Shown: positions 49,958-62,739 of the stretch, piece by piece
Layout: each line of letters opens with the position of its first letter
Position numbering within the stretch: position 1 is the stretch's first letter
DNA from: Chrysemys picta bellii
Taxonomy: Eukaryota
DNA length: 64,000 nucleotides
NCBI RefSeq assembly: GCF_011386835.1
Contig: NC_088791.1
Span: forward strand, 207,328,001 to 207,392,000
Reading direction: 5' to 3'
Program-made: the position numbers and the translations under genes
Notes under the pieces: generated by a model
Told to the model about the DNA's origin: nothing
Databases searched by the model: none
Seen by the model: only the letters and a program-made list of their open reading frames with translations

Positions 49958-52407
49958 ATTAAAAATCCTTACTCATGGGGGAAAAAAAATTGACTTAAAT
50001 ATTGGGTATTTCACTCCAACGTTGTGCAATGTTCAGCATTACTACCTCTTTGCAGTCATCCTGATTTACCTGCCTTTCATTCCATTTCAGGACCCATTCC
50101 AACCTCTCTTTCTCCTAGTGGTCGAGATTCTTCATGAAATTTCCCCCCCATCCCATGTCTCTGATCTCATCTATTCCTACTAGTTGGCTCATTCCCTCCT
50201 TAAATGCTTCCATGTGTCATTTTCCTGTCTCTCTGCAGTGTTGCAGTAAATGTTTTTCCTATGTTGTCCCACCACATCTTCCCTTTTCCCCTCTCTATGC
50301 TGATTCTTTGAATCTTTTTAAAGCCAGTCCCAAGACAAATCCCTTGGCCTTGTCTGTGATCTTGAGCCAGGACTGTATCAATCAGATCTTATGTCCCAAG
50401 CCTTCTAATTTTCCCAACCTCCCCCATTCTCCCTTTTACTTGGTTTTGTACCATTCTTCATTCCTACCACATGTACAGATGCTATGGCACCTGTAAGTGA
50501 TACTGTGATTTATATTCATCTGTATTGGTGCAATCCTTAATGCTGGTATGGTATTTTAAGAAGTAAAGTGCTTTATACAAACAGGAAAAAATATGTATTA
50601 CTCTTAGGCATAGGCTGTAATCATATGTGAATCCTTATGGATTTTTTTACTTTTGCACGAAAGATGCCATGCAAAAATGTATTATGAAATAGTCTGTGGA
50701 TTGCTATGTTAAACACACTGTTACTTATGGAAGAATTAAAACAATTATTTATGTGGGGGAGAACACAAATCTTAAAAGAATAATCCAGCAGTAGTCCAGA
50801 CAGGGCTTCTTGGCAGATCTCAGTAGGGAGATCCTGTAGACTCCAGTGGTAGATGAAAAAGGAGGAAGTGAAATATTAAAAAGAGGGATTATCAGAGAGG
50901 AGGAGGAGGAAGGAAATGTTACTGAAAGACAATCCACCTTATTATGAATAGTACATTTTTAAAACAAGCAAACTTTGAATTTTTGGCATATAAATCTGTT
51001 GAAGGTTTCTGGTAATTACACAAGCCAAACAAACTTCCTTCCTGTCGTTTGTGTCAGCAGAACCCATTAATTTAATTCACTGTTGTTCTCTAAGTATTTA
51101 TATTTATTCTTTGTATGTACCTACTTCCTACCCTTTGTTTACGTATTATCTATGAGCAGTGAGTATTAGTTAAGTGAATTTCCTTTTAGCAACAGAACTT
51201 ACCTTACTATAAAATAATGTTTTGTGCTTAATACATATCTATAGCATAGTAGCTAACAATTGTATTTGAGAAATAATTTAGCATGAACTACAAAGATAAA
51301 TTTGTGTGACAGAATAGTGGTAAATGTGGTGTTGAGGGTAAGTGTGTGTGCTGTTGTTTTACACTGCCTTTTTTGCACCATCACCAGATAACACAGAGAT
51401 TTTAGACTGCCTCAGAAAGAGTATAAATATGACTTCTAAATATGTGGGTTTAGCATGTTAGCCTGTAATGTGAACATCATTTTGTGGATATCTTCCTCGT
51501 GCTACAAATGGCTGAACAAATAGGCTGAACACATGCTATTTGTGAACTTCATGGTATACAACCAAATATGTTGGGGAGAAGGGTGATAACTGAGTACAAT
51601 AAAGTTGATCTCTACAATGTAAAAGTGTTTTAAAATGACCAAGGTGCTTTAATCATGCCAATAAATATTTCATTTTCCACATGCAAAATCACTGCACAGT
51701 GTATATCACAGTGACTAAGTAAAATGGCATTATGTGCACTCATGCAATACTGTTCCCCCCCCTAAAAAAATGCAACTTTTCTTGTTGATGGTAATTTTTT
51801 ATTTGCATATATAAGCAAAGCCACCTTCCCTTTTATTGTTTAAATTTCAATTTGTACTGAAATGAAAGGGACGGACAGATTTCACAGCATTTGTGGGATG
51901 TAGGGGCCTGTATCTCCCAAGAAACAGCTGGGGTGCCTGTAACTGACTTGACATCTGTGCTCATTTCTTCTTTGAGGATGTAGAAAGCACTGGCTTTTGG
52001 TACCAGTAGTTAGTTTAATTAAGACCCTCTAGGTAATCCAGATGCCATTAGTTTGTATCAAGATGGAAAGGAAAGTAGTTGTTTTTTCCAGGCTTTTACT
52101 TTTTTTAAGCAGTTTTCAATGGGACGAACATGGTGGCTGCAGCATTAAAGGAATACTTAAGATTTTAAGACACTATGTCAGAGCACAAAAAACATCTATG
52201 CTCTTACCCTTATATTGCCCGAATGAGTTTGTGGGTATAGAAGATTCAAAGAGCCACTTCAGGAAGACTGTATAGTTTCTAAACATGACTTTCAGGGCTA
52301 TATTGACAGAGTATCTTTGTTAATATCTTCCCCATGCTTATCTATTTCAATATATAAGTAGATTAAATGACACCATATGGCACTATCTTGATTTATAAAT
52401 CCCAGGC

Positions 52408-52438
<31 letters not shown>

Positions 52439-55339
52439 GGGGCAGGGGAGGGAAATCTTAAATTGAAGTTTTGTTGTTTTTAATTTGCTATTTGCAGCCG
52501 CATATTGAGGCAAGTCAAATATTCTTGTTACTTTACACTATGTTGCACATGTATTTAACAAAAAAAACCTAGCTGCTTTGGTTTTTTGTCTGTGAATTTA
52601 TTGTTTTGGAGCAATAGAAAACTTTCCTATATATATTTTGGTTTCAGTTCCGTTTTAGGGATGGCTTTATAAAGCCCAGGATGATGTGTGAAAACTAAGG
52701 ACAAAGCATTCTTCTTTGAGGGGATTTGGCTATGGCACAAATTCCACAAGAGCTTAGGTGAATTTGGAGTCTGGTCCTCTTTAGGAAACAATGAAAAACA
52801 TTCCTCTTTGAGAAAGCATTTTGACCATAACAGGAGAGAGACTCAGTGTTGACATCCAACCCTCTTACCCACAAGAAGTTTCTAACTCTCCCCCGCAGGA
52901 AAACCCGGAAACTAACACATTAATCAATCCCAAAACAAAAACATGTCCCCCTCAAATCTGTTCCACGCAGAGTTTTTACCCCAAAAAGGGAGAAGAGTAG
53001 GAGACTGGGAAGCCCAGTAGGGTTCACTCTTGTTATCAATTTTACCTGGATGGCACTTGGATACTATGGCCATGAGCAGTAGTATAAAACCCTTAGATAA
53101 GATGAAGTTTCTTATTTAAACTGAAGCTGTTTGAGTAGCCTAAACTAGTACCCCCAAAACTACAGTTAGCAATGTACATGCTTGTTCTTGTATTGCATTT
53201 GATTCTCTAGATGTTCACATTAAAATTGTTTCAAAAGTGAATAAACAGAAAAAAATATATAGAAATAAATGTAGTCTGTGCCTTCGTATCGCTTTACATC
53301 ACACCTTAAAACCACTTCTGCATTTTAGATTCAGTATCAAATTGGTTTATTTGACTATCAAATCTTGGATTTAGCCTGCAGAGGGGTGATCCTAAAGTGG
53401 CTCCTAACATGATATGTATTTAAAAGTTGAAGATGCTTAACAGAACCATCCTGTTTTTTTGTAGCTCAATATGATAATAGGATCAATATGTTTTGTTTGA
53501 AATAGGTATCGCAATAATAAGTTGCAGGTTGATATTCTGTCCTATGGGAGTTCAACCCACTCCCATTCTCCAGAAAATAAATACAACTAGAGATCATTAA
53601 TTTGAAATTATTTAATAAATCATGGTTCTTAATTAGTATGTCTTGCTCCTGAAAAACAAATCCACAATTAAAAGCAACATTGAATACACAGGACAATTCA
53701 TTCAAGACTTTGGGCTTGCAGTTTGACTCAATTATTAATTCATGAATGGAATCTCTCATTGGCAAAAATGTACACTACAAGACTGTTTTATCTTTGGGGC
53801 CAGGTTGGTATTGTGTCCCTCTTGTTCTTTGACACTTTTAGCCCCTTAAGCTGTTTTGGATCCTGACGTGTGGGAACAGTTCTTATTGCTAGTGCTCAGT
53901 GATGCCTTGGCATGAAAATCTACACATTTTTAAAGGTTGTGATCATTAGGGAGGAATAGCTCCACTGTAGGCTGGTCTTTTCCATCTCTCCTCTGACTGA
54001 TTGCTGTATTAACATTCTGCAATTGTTTTTGTCCTATGTTCCTATCAACCTTTGTGAAAAGGGTAGGAGGGAGTAAGGTGTATCATTGGGCTTTAATGGG
54101 GACTTATGCCCATAAATGAGGAGCATGATGCACAGTCAGTAACTAAATAACTAATTACATTAGACTCCTGGATATTTTTGCTAAACATTTAACATTGATA
54201 ATTCCTTCCTTCATCAGCAACTCTCCTTCACCAAGATACTCTGTTACTGTAAATAATATAGTGTACAAACGTCAAATATAAATTAATAAGGGAATCTTTA
54301 GTGATAGCAACCTGATTGATCAGATTTCTTAATTATGCTTATTCAAACTATTCTAACTCGTTTAAGACCTACTGCATGATTTACAAACCCGGTGAGCACC
54401 CACAAATCCCATGGAAGTCCATGTGATCTGCAAATGCTCAGCAACTTACAAAAATAAACCAACAGTGATTATTTTGAAGGAAATTAACTGGATTGTTCCA
54501 TGTCAGTATCTAAACTTTACTGTTATATTTAAAATTTGCATCCTTATCCTTCGGTAAAATCTTTTTGTTTCTAATACTTTACAAATTCAATTAAGCATGA
54601 GAAAATAATACATTTTTAATCTGTTTTAAAGTCCATCTTTGATACAAAAAAATCCCAGTATACATATGAGTAAACCATTGAAAAAATCTTTGACTTTGAA
54701 AATGTAATACAGTTTTTAATCTGTGTACCTTTCACATTTCAGCTCACTTTGCACTTACGGTTTTCAGCTTAGGTGGCTTCATTGGATTTCCACCCCCACC
54801 AATCCTTATTTAGTGGCTTTTTATTTATGAAATAAAGAAAAGATGCTTAAAGCATAGACCCAATATATTTATAATATGAGAAGAATACATTTATCTAACA
54901 TGCATTACAAATTCCTCTGGCCTTGACAGATTCAGTTCAAATTAATACAGTGCTCACTGCTGCTGCAGCAGAAGAAGCTAGAATGTTGGTCCTTTCATCT
55001 TCAAATCAATTCCTTTGAAGCAGAAAATCCTCCAGAGTACACCGTGGTGAATCTAAATAAAAAATGAAGCTCTATATATGCATCTCTCCCACTCGTACCC
55101 TTTCTCTCGAGTCAGTCATCCCTTATCTCAACCATATCGCAAGACAAAAATAAAATCTTAACCAACTATTAAAATATATGCTTTTCAGCATTGGGGATTT
55201 TATATAACCTTTTAATACATGGTTACTCATTGCCTCATCCTACAAATATTCCTTTACACTAAAATTCATATTTTTTCTTTGCTCAGGCCATTATGGTTTC
55301 TCTTTGTTTATTTTCCTCCAGTGCAATTACAGTTAAGTA

Positions 55340-55578
55340 TCAGAGGGGTAGCCGTGTTAGTCTGAATCTGTAAAAAGCAACAGAGGGTCCTGTGGCACCT
55401 TTGAGACTAACAGAAGTATTGGGAGCATAAGCTTTTGTGGGTAAGAACCTCACTTCTTCAGATGCAAGAAGAAGTGAGGTGCATCTGAAGAAGTGAGGTT
55501 CTTACCCACAAAAGCTTATGCTCCCAATACTTCTGTTAGTCTCAAAGGTGCCACAGGACCCTCTGTTGCTTTTTACAG
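55340..55578. mobile_element. Penelope-like inverted pLTR insertion with perfect 99-bp arms
   Basis: 55368-55466 is the exact reverse complement of 55480-55578; 13-nt spacer. Terminus CAGAGGGGTAGCCGTGTTAGTCTG. 13-bp direct repeat TTACAGTTAAGTA at 55327-55339 and 55573-55585. Confidence 0.88.
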
Positions 55579-56689
55579 TTAAGTAGTCATTCCACCACAG
55601 CATCCTGCCTTTTCATCCTCATGTCTGTTTTTTTGTACACTGGAGCATACAGTTTGCCTTAGCAAATAGGACCATTAGTTCATTAAGGTAGGAACTGCAC
55701 CCTGCCTTTGGCAGAGGCCAATGACTGTTAATTAAGAAAAATGTATAACTGTATTTGATAAGGTGTTGTGGGATGTATCGACGCTTCGGAGATAAGGGAA
55801 GAAATTCTGCCACTATGAAAAGCACCTATTCTGAAGATGCCCTTGGTTAAAAAAATATATATATATTATAGGTGGGCTTGGTGTCATTGCCTATTGTTAA
55901 GGATGTTCAATACTTTCCATCTTATGACCATATTTTAAGGGGTTTTTTAACTTTGCCAAACTTTAACCTGTTTGGGCTGAAATTTTCCATGCCCGATGTT
56001 TGCCTGTTGGTTTTTTGTTTTGTTTTTTGCACAAATTAAAAAATTCTAGTGACCTTTTCTTTCCGGTACCTCCGTGCTTTGGAACAAGGATTTGATATTT
56101 GGCAAGGGGCAGGAGGTCATTTCTGTCAGGAATGTGGTGTTTGTACCAATCTTTGTACAATTCTGTGCAAAGTTGGCCAAGTTATAAGTCTTTGGGGAGG
56201 AAAACATGAGTTTCTACATACTCAGTAGAGACTAATTAAATTTTAGCAGCTAAATTCCCCAAAGATTCTGTCCACTCTAGATATATTTCATTCAGTGATG
56301 AGCAGGACTTTTCCTTCATTTGCAGCTCTGGGCTGCTGCAGCTATGCCAGGTTCGGATCTGGGCACCTGAACTGAGAGCAGGAAGAACTTCTCTTCTATG
56401 GTCTGTGTAATCTCCTTTCTGGGCCCACACAGTCTGGAGAAGAAAGTGCAACCTTAATCTGGGCATCTTCTGCATGTGGATTATGATATAGTAGTTAATT
56501 GCATACTATATTTTTCCCAGGATCTTTGCCTTATTCAATGAACAGGATGAACCTGCTCTGAGGATGAATCAGGGTTATATAATGAAAGGAGGGTGTTATC
56601 GGTAGGACTCCGGTCTCATTTATTGCAGAAGCTAGAAAGAGTTTGTGAATGAAGCAGGGGATTGCAGGAAGAGGAGAAAAAATCATTTC

Positions 56690-57100
56690 CAGGGCAGTTG
56701 AATGCAGCCCTGGAGAACTGGATTCTCTCTCTTTTTCTGTACAAGAGAGTTTCTGTGTGATGCTGGGCAAATCACTTAAGCCAAACTTTTCAGGTTGCCT
56801 GACCTGAGACACTAGGTCTGATTCTCAGAAGTGCTGAGAACTCTCAGCTGGAATTGAAATCAATGTGAGCTGTGCTTTGAACATATGAAGTGCTATATAA
56901 TTCTATCTAAGTACTCTGAAAAATTAAGTTTTAGGAGTCTCAAACTGGGCACACAAAATTAATGGATACTTTTGACCTTAATCTCTCTCTGCCTCATTTC
57001 CTTATCTGTATAATGAAGATAATAATACTCACTCCTCTCACAGAGGTGTTGTAAAAAATCATTAATGTGAAGTACTCAGATACAAAAACAATAAGCACCA
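56690..57100 (+). mobile_element. MIR SINE split by a nested repeat
   Basis: TGTGTGATGCTGGGCAAATCACTTAA (about 56755) continues after about 200 bp as TAATCTCTCTCTGCCTCATTTCCTTATCTGTATAATGAAGATAATAATA, the MIR core. Confidence 0.6.
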
Positions 57101-57519
57101 TAGAAAAGGCCAAAAGGTAAAGAATAATTCTGTCCTTGAGCAGTGTCTCAATAGTGCACAGTAAATAAAGCCTAGGGCGCCATATTGAACAATGAAGAGA
57201 AAACAAAATGCTGAATAGCTGCTCATTAAGTGAGCACTACGCACTCTGTATGCTGGCAGGGGTCCTGTGGAAAAAGTGTGATCATGTAATTGAAGACTGT
57301 ATCATGATGCTCACGTGCAAGGGAATCAAATATAGTTTGCACATGCAAATTTAATTCTGGCATTTCCTAGCTTTCCTTTGCAACCATAACAGTATCCTTT
57401 TAACATCATTTTTGTGTGTCATGCAGAGATGTAGTCAGTAGAGAACAGATCCAGCTTAGATGTATGGCCTCTCATACTGTAGTATCTCAATACCTTGCAA
57501 TCTTTAATGCATTTATCCT

Positions 57520-57650
57520 TGCAACAGCTCTGAGAGGTATGAAAATATTATTCCCATCTGTAAGATTGGGAACTGAAGCACAGAGAGATTAATTGCCCAA
57601 GGTCCCTCAAGAAGCTGATGATGCAGCAGGGATTTTAATCCATAACCCAG
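57520..57650 (-). mobile_element. MIR SINE fragment
   Basis: TATTATTCCCATCTGTAAGATTGGGAACTGAAGCACAGAGAGATTAATTGCCCAAGGTC resembles the reverse-complement MIR core. Confidence 0.65.
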
Positions 57651-59097
57651 TTAGCACATTAACCACTGAACTATGACTCCTGTAATCATTTGGTTCTGCA
57701 GGTGGGGATGAAAACACATGGGTCTAGAAGAATGGCAGCATTCTCTTTTCCTCAACTCTTCTTAATTAATTCTGCAGGGTTCAGTCTCAGTGTATGGGAT
57801 TGGAGATGGTTGCTGTCTTCAGCACTGTCATTTCACAAGCCTTCAGGTAAATTCCTGAGTAAATTTATGTTGACTCTGTCAAACTCAGTTTATTTGGGGT
57901 TCCCCTTTCAGTAATGTGATAGGTAAGGGAAGTTGAGATGTAGCCTTTGACAGCAAAGCTTCTGCAGGAGCCATATTAGGGGATGTAGAGCCTCTATGTG
58001 GGTAAACTGGAGACATTTTGGTATTTTCTGTAGGCTATTTGTCTTGAACACTAAGACAAGACTAAGAGTGGCCAAACTTACTGATCCTCCAAGCCACATA
58101 CAATAGTCTTCAGAAGTTGTAGAGCCACAAGACATGTACAACTTGCCCTGCTAGGTGGTGCCTGCTGGAGCATGGGGCTAAAGCCCTCCCTTTTGTCAAA
58201 ATAATAATAATAATAATATCCTGCATGAAGGATATATGGGCCTGTGAGAGCATTTTAAATTAACTTATTTAAAATGTGCTTATCCAGGACTTTAGAAACA
58301 TCTACGACATTATTAATGAATTCATGTACTTAAAAATCTCTATTTGAATAGATTATTCAATTGCTAGCAAAAAAAAAAAAAAAAAAAAAACCCTCTACCA
58401 TTCCTGCCCATCCTTTTCCCTCCCAGAAAAAGCCAGGAAAACAGATACACTTTATAGAGTGGTCAATAAATTAAGGCTCTTGTGATCCAGCAAAGGAAGA
58501 AAATTTGAAAGTTAAGACCCCTCACTGAAAATGCCCTTTCTCCTGCTCTGCCTTGTTAGCTTGAACACATTTGCTGACTTTGATTTTCACCGAATCGCCC
58601 AAGAAGAGATGTGTCCCGACTTCAAATGATTTAGGGCGCGAAAGATTAAAACTGAAAGCTTAAACTGGATCTGGAAACAGAGGACATTATTACATCTGTG
58701 ATCTGCACTGTGTTCCCTGAAATTTGGTGGCTACATTCTGCAGCCGCTGAAGTTTCCCCATAGTCCTTAGGCAGCTCATGTAGATTGTATTCCAGTAACC
58801 CAATCAGGACATGGCAGACATGGATCGTGGTGGTTAAGTCTCCATCTGAAAGGAAAAGTCCTAGCCAAGCAGCATGAAACAGTTGGTGTATCAAATTTTT
58901 CATGTAAATCCTTGAATTTGGGTGTCTTACATAATAGCAAAGTTAACTTTCTTTTTTAAAAGCAAAGGGTGTATGTTAGAAAACATGTTTCCCTGGAAGT
59001 TTTTTTTAATAATAGTAGGATTGTGAGACTGGGTCTTCAAATCTATATCCAGAAGCAAGTCAGGAGGGAAGTGGGCAAGGCTTTAGATAGAGGGCAA

Positions 59098-59290
59098 CAG
59101 CGGCGGCTCCAGGCACCAGCGCTCCAAGCGCTTGCCTGGAGCGGCAAGCCGTGGGGGGCGCTATGCCGGTCCCTGGGAGGGCGGCAGTCAGGTAGCCTTT
59201 GGTGGCATGCCTGCGGGAGGTCCGTGGATTCGGCGGCAATTCGGCGGTGGGTACGTGCTTGGGGAGGCAAAAAAGCTAGAGCCGCCCCTG
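59098..59290. mobile_element. Young hAT MITE
   Basis: TIRs CAGCGGCGGCTCCAG / CTAGAGCCGCCCCTG; perfect 8-bp TSD GAGGGCAA at 59090-59097 and 59291-59298; CpG-rich. Confidence 0.9.
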
Positions 59291-59488
59291 GAGGGCAATA
59301 CAATTTTTGATATTCTAATACAGTTCATTGTTAGAAGAAAGTCTTGTCACATAGTATCATAGGGTTTGGCAAGACTGAAGTTGTTTTTTAAAAATCCTGA
59401 CTTTACAAATATGTAAAATAAATAAATAAACTATATAGATGCATTATATTGGGTTTTTTTTAGTCTCCTTCCTTTGAAATATCAGCAA

Positions 59489-59981
59489 TGGCCATGGCTG
59501 GAGATGGGACATTGAACAGGGAAGGCCGGGGCTTTGATGTGCATGGAGCATTCTTTCTCTCTCTCAAGTGCCTGGCTGGCTGGTTCTTGCTGACATCCTC
59601 AGAGTCTAACTCATCACTCTATGTGGGGTCAGGAAGGAATTGGCAGTGTGTGGGTGAGGGTTTTTTTGCCTTCCTCTGCAGTGTGTGGGTGAGGGTCACT
59701 TTCCAGGATTATCTGGTTATATCTCACTTAACCATTTCCTTGTCATAGCAATATCTCACTTAGCCATTTCCTTGCCATTACAGGGGCCTTGGGCACTGAT
59801 ACACCCCAATCCCTCTTATTCTCTGCCTGAGGCACATAATAGTCTAGTCTAATCTATGGACTATAACTTTGGTTTAATTTCAGTTGTTGGATTTAGTGTG
59901 CGGGTGCTGGATGGTGTTGATGGCCTGTGATATACAGGAGGTCAAACTAGATCTAGTGGCCCTTCTGGCTTTAAACTCGAT
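59489..59981 (+). mobile_element. CR1 subfamily long 3' UTR fragment
   Basis: Ends GTGATATACAGGAGGTCAAACTAGAT..GGCCCTTCTGGCTTTAAACTC, a typical CR1 3' end; includes a 32-bp tandem duplication at 59719-59782. Confidence 0.6.
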
Positions 59982-61369
59982 GGCTCGGTCATCTATGACT
60001 ATCTGGGGGCTCTGCAGTTACCATCGTTTTGTATTACAATATTACAGCTGGCACATCACTGTGTGTTGCATCTTGTTTTCATTGAAGACTGTTGACAGTG
60101 TGTTGCTTAGGGCTATAGAGAATAAAATAAGTCTTTGGTCTCCCTCATCTTCTCTACCTCTACTGAAAATATATTGTGATAGCTAGGCATTAGTGAGGCA
60201 GTAATGGAAAGCAATACCAGCCCTTCAGGGAAAAACAGAAAAAATATTTACTTCTTTAGAACTGTGTTCCATCCTCCCCTGTTTGAAAAAACTATAGTGT
60301 AGTTTTTTTTTCAGTGTATTTTATTTTATCTGTGTTTCTGGGTCCTTGGTTAATATAAAAGGCAAATTTTAGGAGGTTGGAGTGCCTTCTTTGGATGCTT
60401 AGAGGGTGAATCTAAGCTTTTTAAGATTTTTTTTTAAATGGTTCTGGTCATGTTAATAGGAGTCAACAGATGGCACTATAGAAGATAATTTTGCTAGTTT
60501 TGTTTATCAGAAGTTATAGGAACTAGATCTTGTAGAAATGCCTATTGTTAGCTGTCATGTGGTTCTTTTTATATGCTGAATGTGTCACTAGTAAAATCTA
60601 TTCTGCCAGAAAACATTTTCATATATGTAGTTGCTGCTTACAGACTTGTCTGTCAAGTGCCATGTCCCTGACCGAGACTCTTATAATGTTACAGGTTCTC
60701 TCAATGCAGAACACCCATTCCCATCCATGGGAGTTCTTTGTGGAGAAAGCCTTCAGTATCAGGTCCTTGACACCACTGAGTATGACAAATAATATGAAGA
60801 TGAATGTTACAATAAGGTGTTTAGTATAATGTATAGATACATTTATAAAATTCAAAACAAACACTGTAAGCATTATAAATTAAATTAATTTATCTCTGAA
60901 CTCTGACATTTATATTTATCCACCATCATAAGATATAATATCTCCATATCTAAACAGCCCATCCCTACGTGTTACAGAACACATCCTCCACACCAGTCTC
61001 TCAGAAAAAAAAAAGACAGCTTTGTCCAGAAGGGTAACAAATCTGGGCTCCAGTGGCACTCTTGTTAAACTTCCAGAGGAGATTAGATTAATTCAAAGTC
61101 TGATGATCTTTAGGACATTCTTCAAGGTCTTTCTCTTTGATAAATGTTTCCACTGTCACCAGAATGATAAATAATATTCACACACTACACCAGGCAGAAC
61201 ATTCAAGAAAGGGAGAAAGACTGGAAAGTCCCTCTAATCCATTATGGACTTCCAGAACAAATTTAGATACAGGAATGCTGAGCACTATAGCAAACCATAC
61301 GGTTGCCAGCATTTTTCTTCCCTCTATCAGGATAAGTGGGTAAAATGCAGCATGAAGACTAGGTTAAGG

Positions 61370-61940
61370 GGTCATCAACGAAAGGCGAACTGAAATAATT
61401 AAATCTTAAGAAGGAATTTTGAGGAGGAGATTGAGGTAGCAGGCCAACAGATTCAAGAAGAATTTTCCAGGCACAGAGATGCTTGCAGGAGGAAACAAAG
61501 CCACCTACTTCAGCAGTATGTAGTCTCTAGAAAGGAGGCAGTAGGAAAAGGAGTTATACATAGGCAGGAATAGAGCTATGAAAATCCTTAAAGGTGAATA
61601 ACATGCCTAAATGTCTTACTGCTGAAGCTGAGAAGCTGTTGGAGGGACTCAGGAGGGTTGGGGGGAGAGGTAGGGGAGTTGATAGGCATCAGCAGTTTAT
61701 TGGAGAAGAGACAGAGGTAAGGGACACTTGCTAGAGTCAGCAAGATGGTTGCTATAGTCAAAGGCAAGAGATGCTGTGGCAAGCACCAGGAATTTGGTGG
61801 TAGAGTTGTGGAGGAAGGTAATATAACAAAAGAACCAGATACAAATTGTGGTAGAAAAGAGAGAGAATAGTCTCTGTTATGCCATCAAAGTTGCTGCCCT
61901 GGGTGACTGCGAGAGATGGAGAAATCAAGATGACACATGT
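61370..61940 (-). mobile_element. Old L2 LINE 3' fragment
   Basis: Purine-rich on the + strand; reverse complement near 61920-61936 reads GTGTCATCTTGATTTCTCC (GVI.DSSL-like L2 RT motif). Confidence 0.5.
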
Positions 61941-62619
61941 ATTTTATAATTGGTATACATGGAATTTATAACAATTGCATCCTTATCACATAAACAGGAG
62001 CACTAAACTCCCTACAAAATAAAACTGTGGTTTACTGTGTAATTTTTCTCCTCTTTTACTATTCTATCTTTCCTTCTGTGGATTTGATCCTGAATCCTGT
62101 AGGGCTTGTTCGGCAAAAATACCTACAATTTCAGTGGATTTTTCCCTGTTTTGTCTGTGTCTCTGTAGAGAAAGAGGAATGAATATGATCTTTGAGTCTG
62201 CTGTCCCTAATATGACATTTCTATCAGTAAAAATGCAATGCCTACCTAGGTAACTGCATGAGTTCTCTTGTGGTAGGCATATAACCTGCCTATAGATCCT
62301 ATTGTGCATTATCCTATTTATTACTTTTAATAGATATTCTACTTACAGATTTTAATTCTGATTAAACTTAATAACCTGGTTATGTTTCAGAGCTATTTGG
62401 AGAATAATCAGTTTTAAAATATCCATTTCTTAAAGATATTTATGCATTTTAGAATTTACATTTATTTAAATTAATAAAGAATAAAAAGCTGAAACCAGAT
62501 TTTTGATTCCTGACTGGGTCCCATAACCTATTTCTCTACCTTTTTGAAGTACTCCCAGCTGGGTTGAAGCTGTTCTTGCCAGGTTTGTTTAAAATTAAAA
62601 CAAACAAACAATTCTCTGA

Positions 62620-62739
62620 AAGGTTTCAGAGGGGTAGCCGTGTTAGTCTGTATCAGCAAAAACAACGAGAAGTCCTTGTGGCACCTTAGAGACTAACAAA
62701 CTTATTTGGACATAAGCTAAAACCCAGTTCATCAGATGC
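62620..62739 (-). mobile_element. Penelope-like terminal remnant with a deleted hammerhead
   Basis: GGTTTCAGAGGGGTAGCCGTGTTAGTCTG terminus; 9-bp direct repeat ATTCTCTGA at 62611-62619 and 62740-62748; minus strand GCATCTGATGAACTGGGTTTT followed by AGCTTATG (stem II 3' side and GAA lost). Confidence 0.78.

Noticed and set aside
50749-50937. Possible L2 ORF2 fragment (SLIIPLFNISL...KKPCLD); similar weak L2-like patches near 5900-6120, 35946-36060, 44150-44350 and 50050-50500
   Set aside because: Similarity is too weak to support boundaries without a database search.
52416-52438. Poly(A) tracts (also 58369-58390) as retrocopy tails
   Set aside because: No upstream coding-like sequence or TSD; simple mononucleotide runs.
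57971-57980. Perfect CArG box CCATATTAGG as a muscle enhancer
   Set aside because: Several CC(A/T)6GG matches are expected by chance in 64 kb of this composition (another is at 12981-12990); no convincing MEF2/E-box cluster nearby.
59719-59782. 32-bp tandem duplication
   Set aside because: Local slippage within a CR1 3' UTR remnant, with no sign of function.
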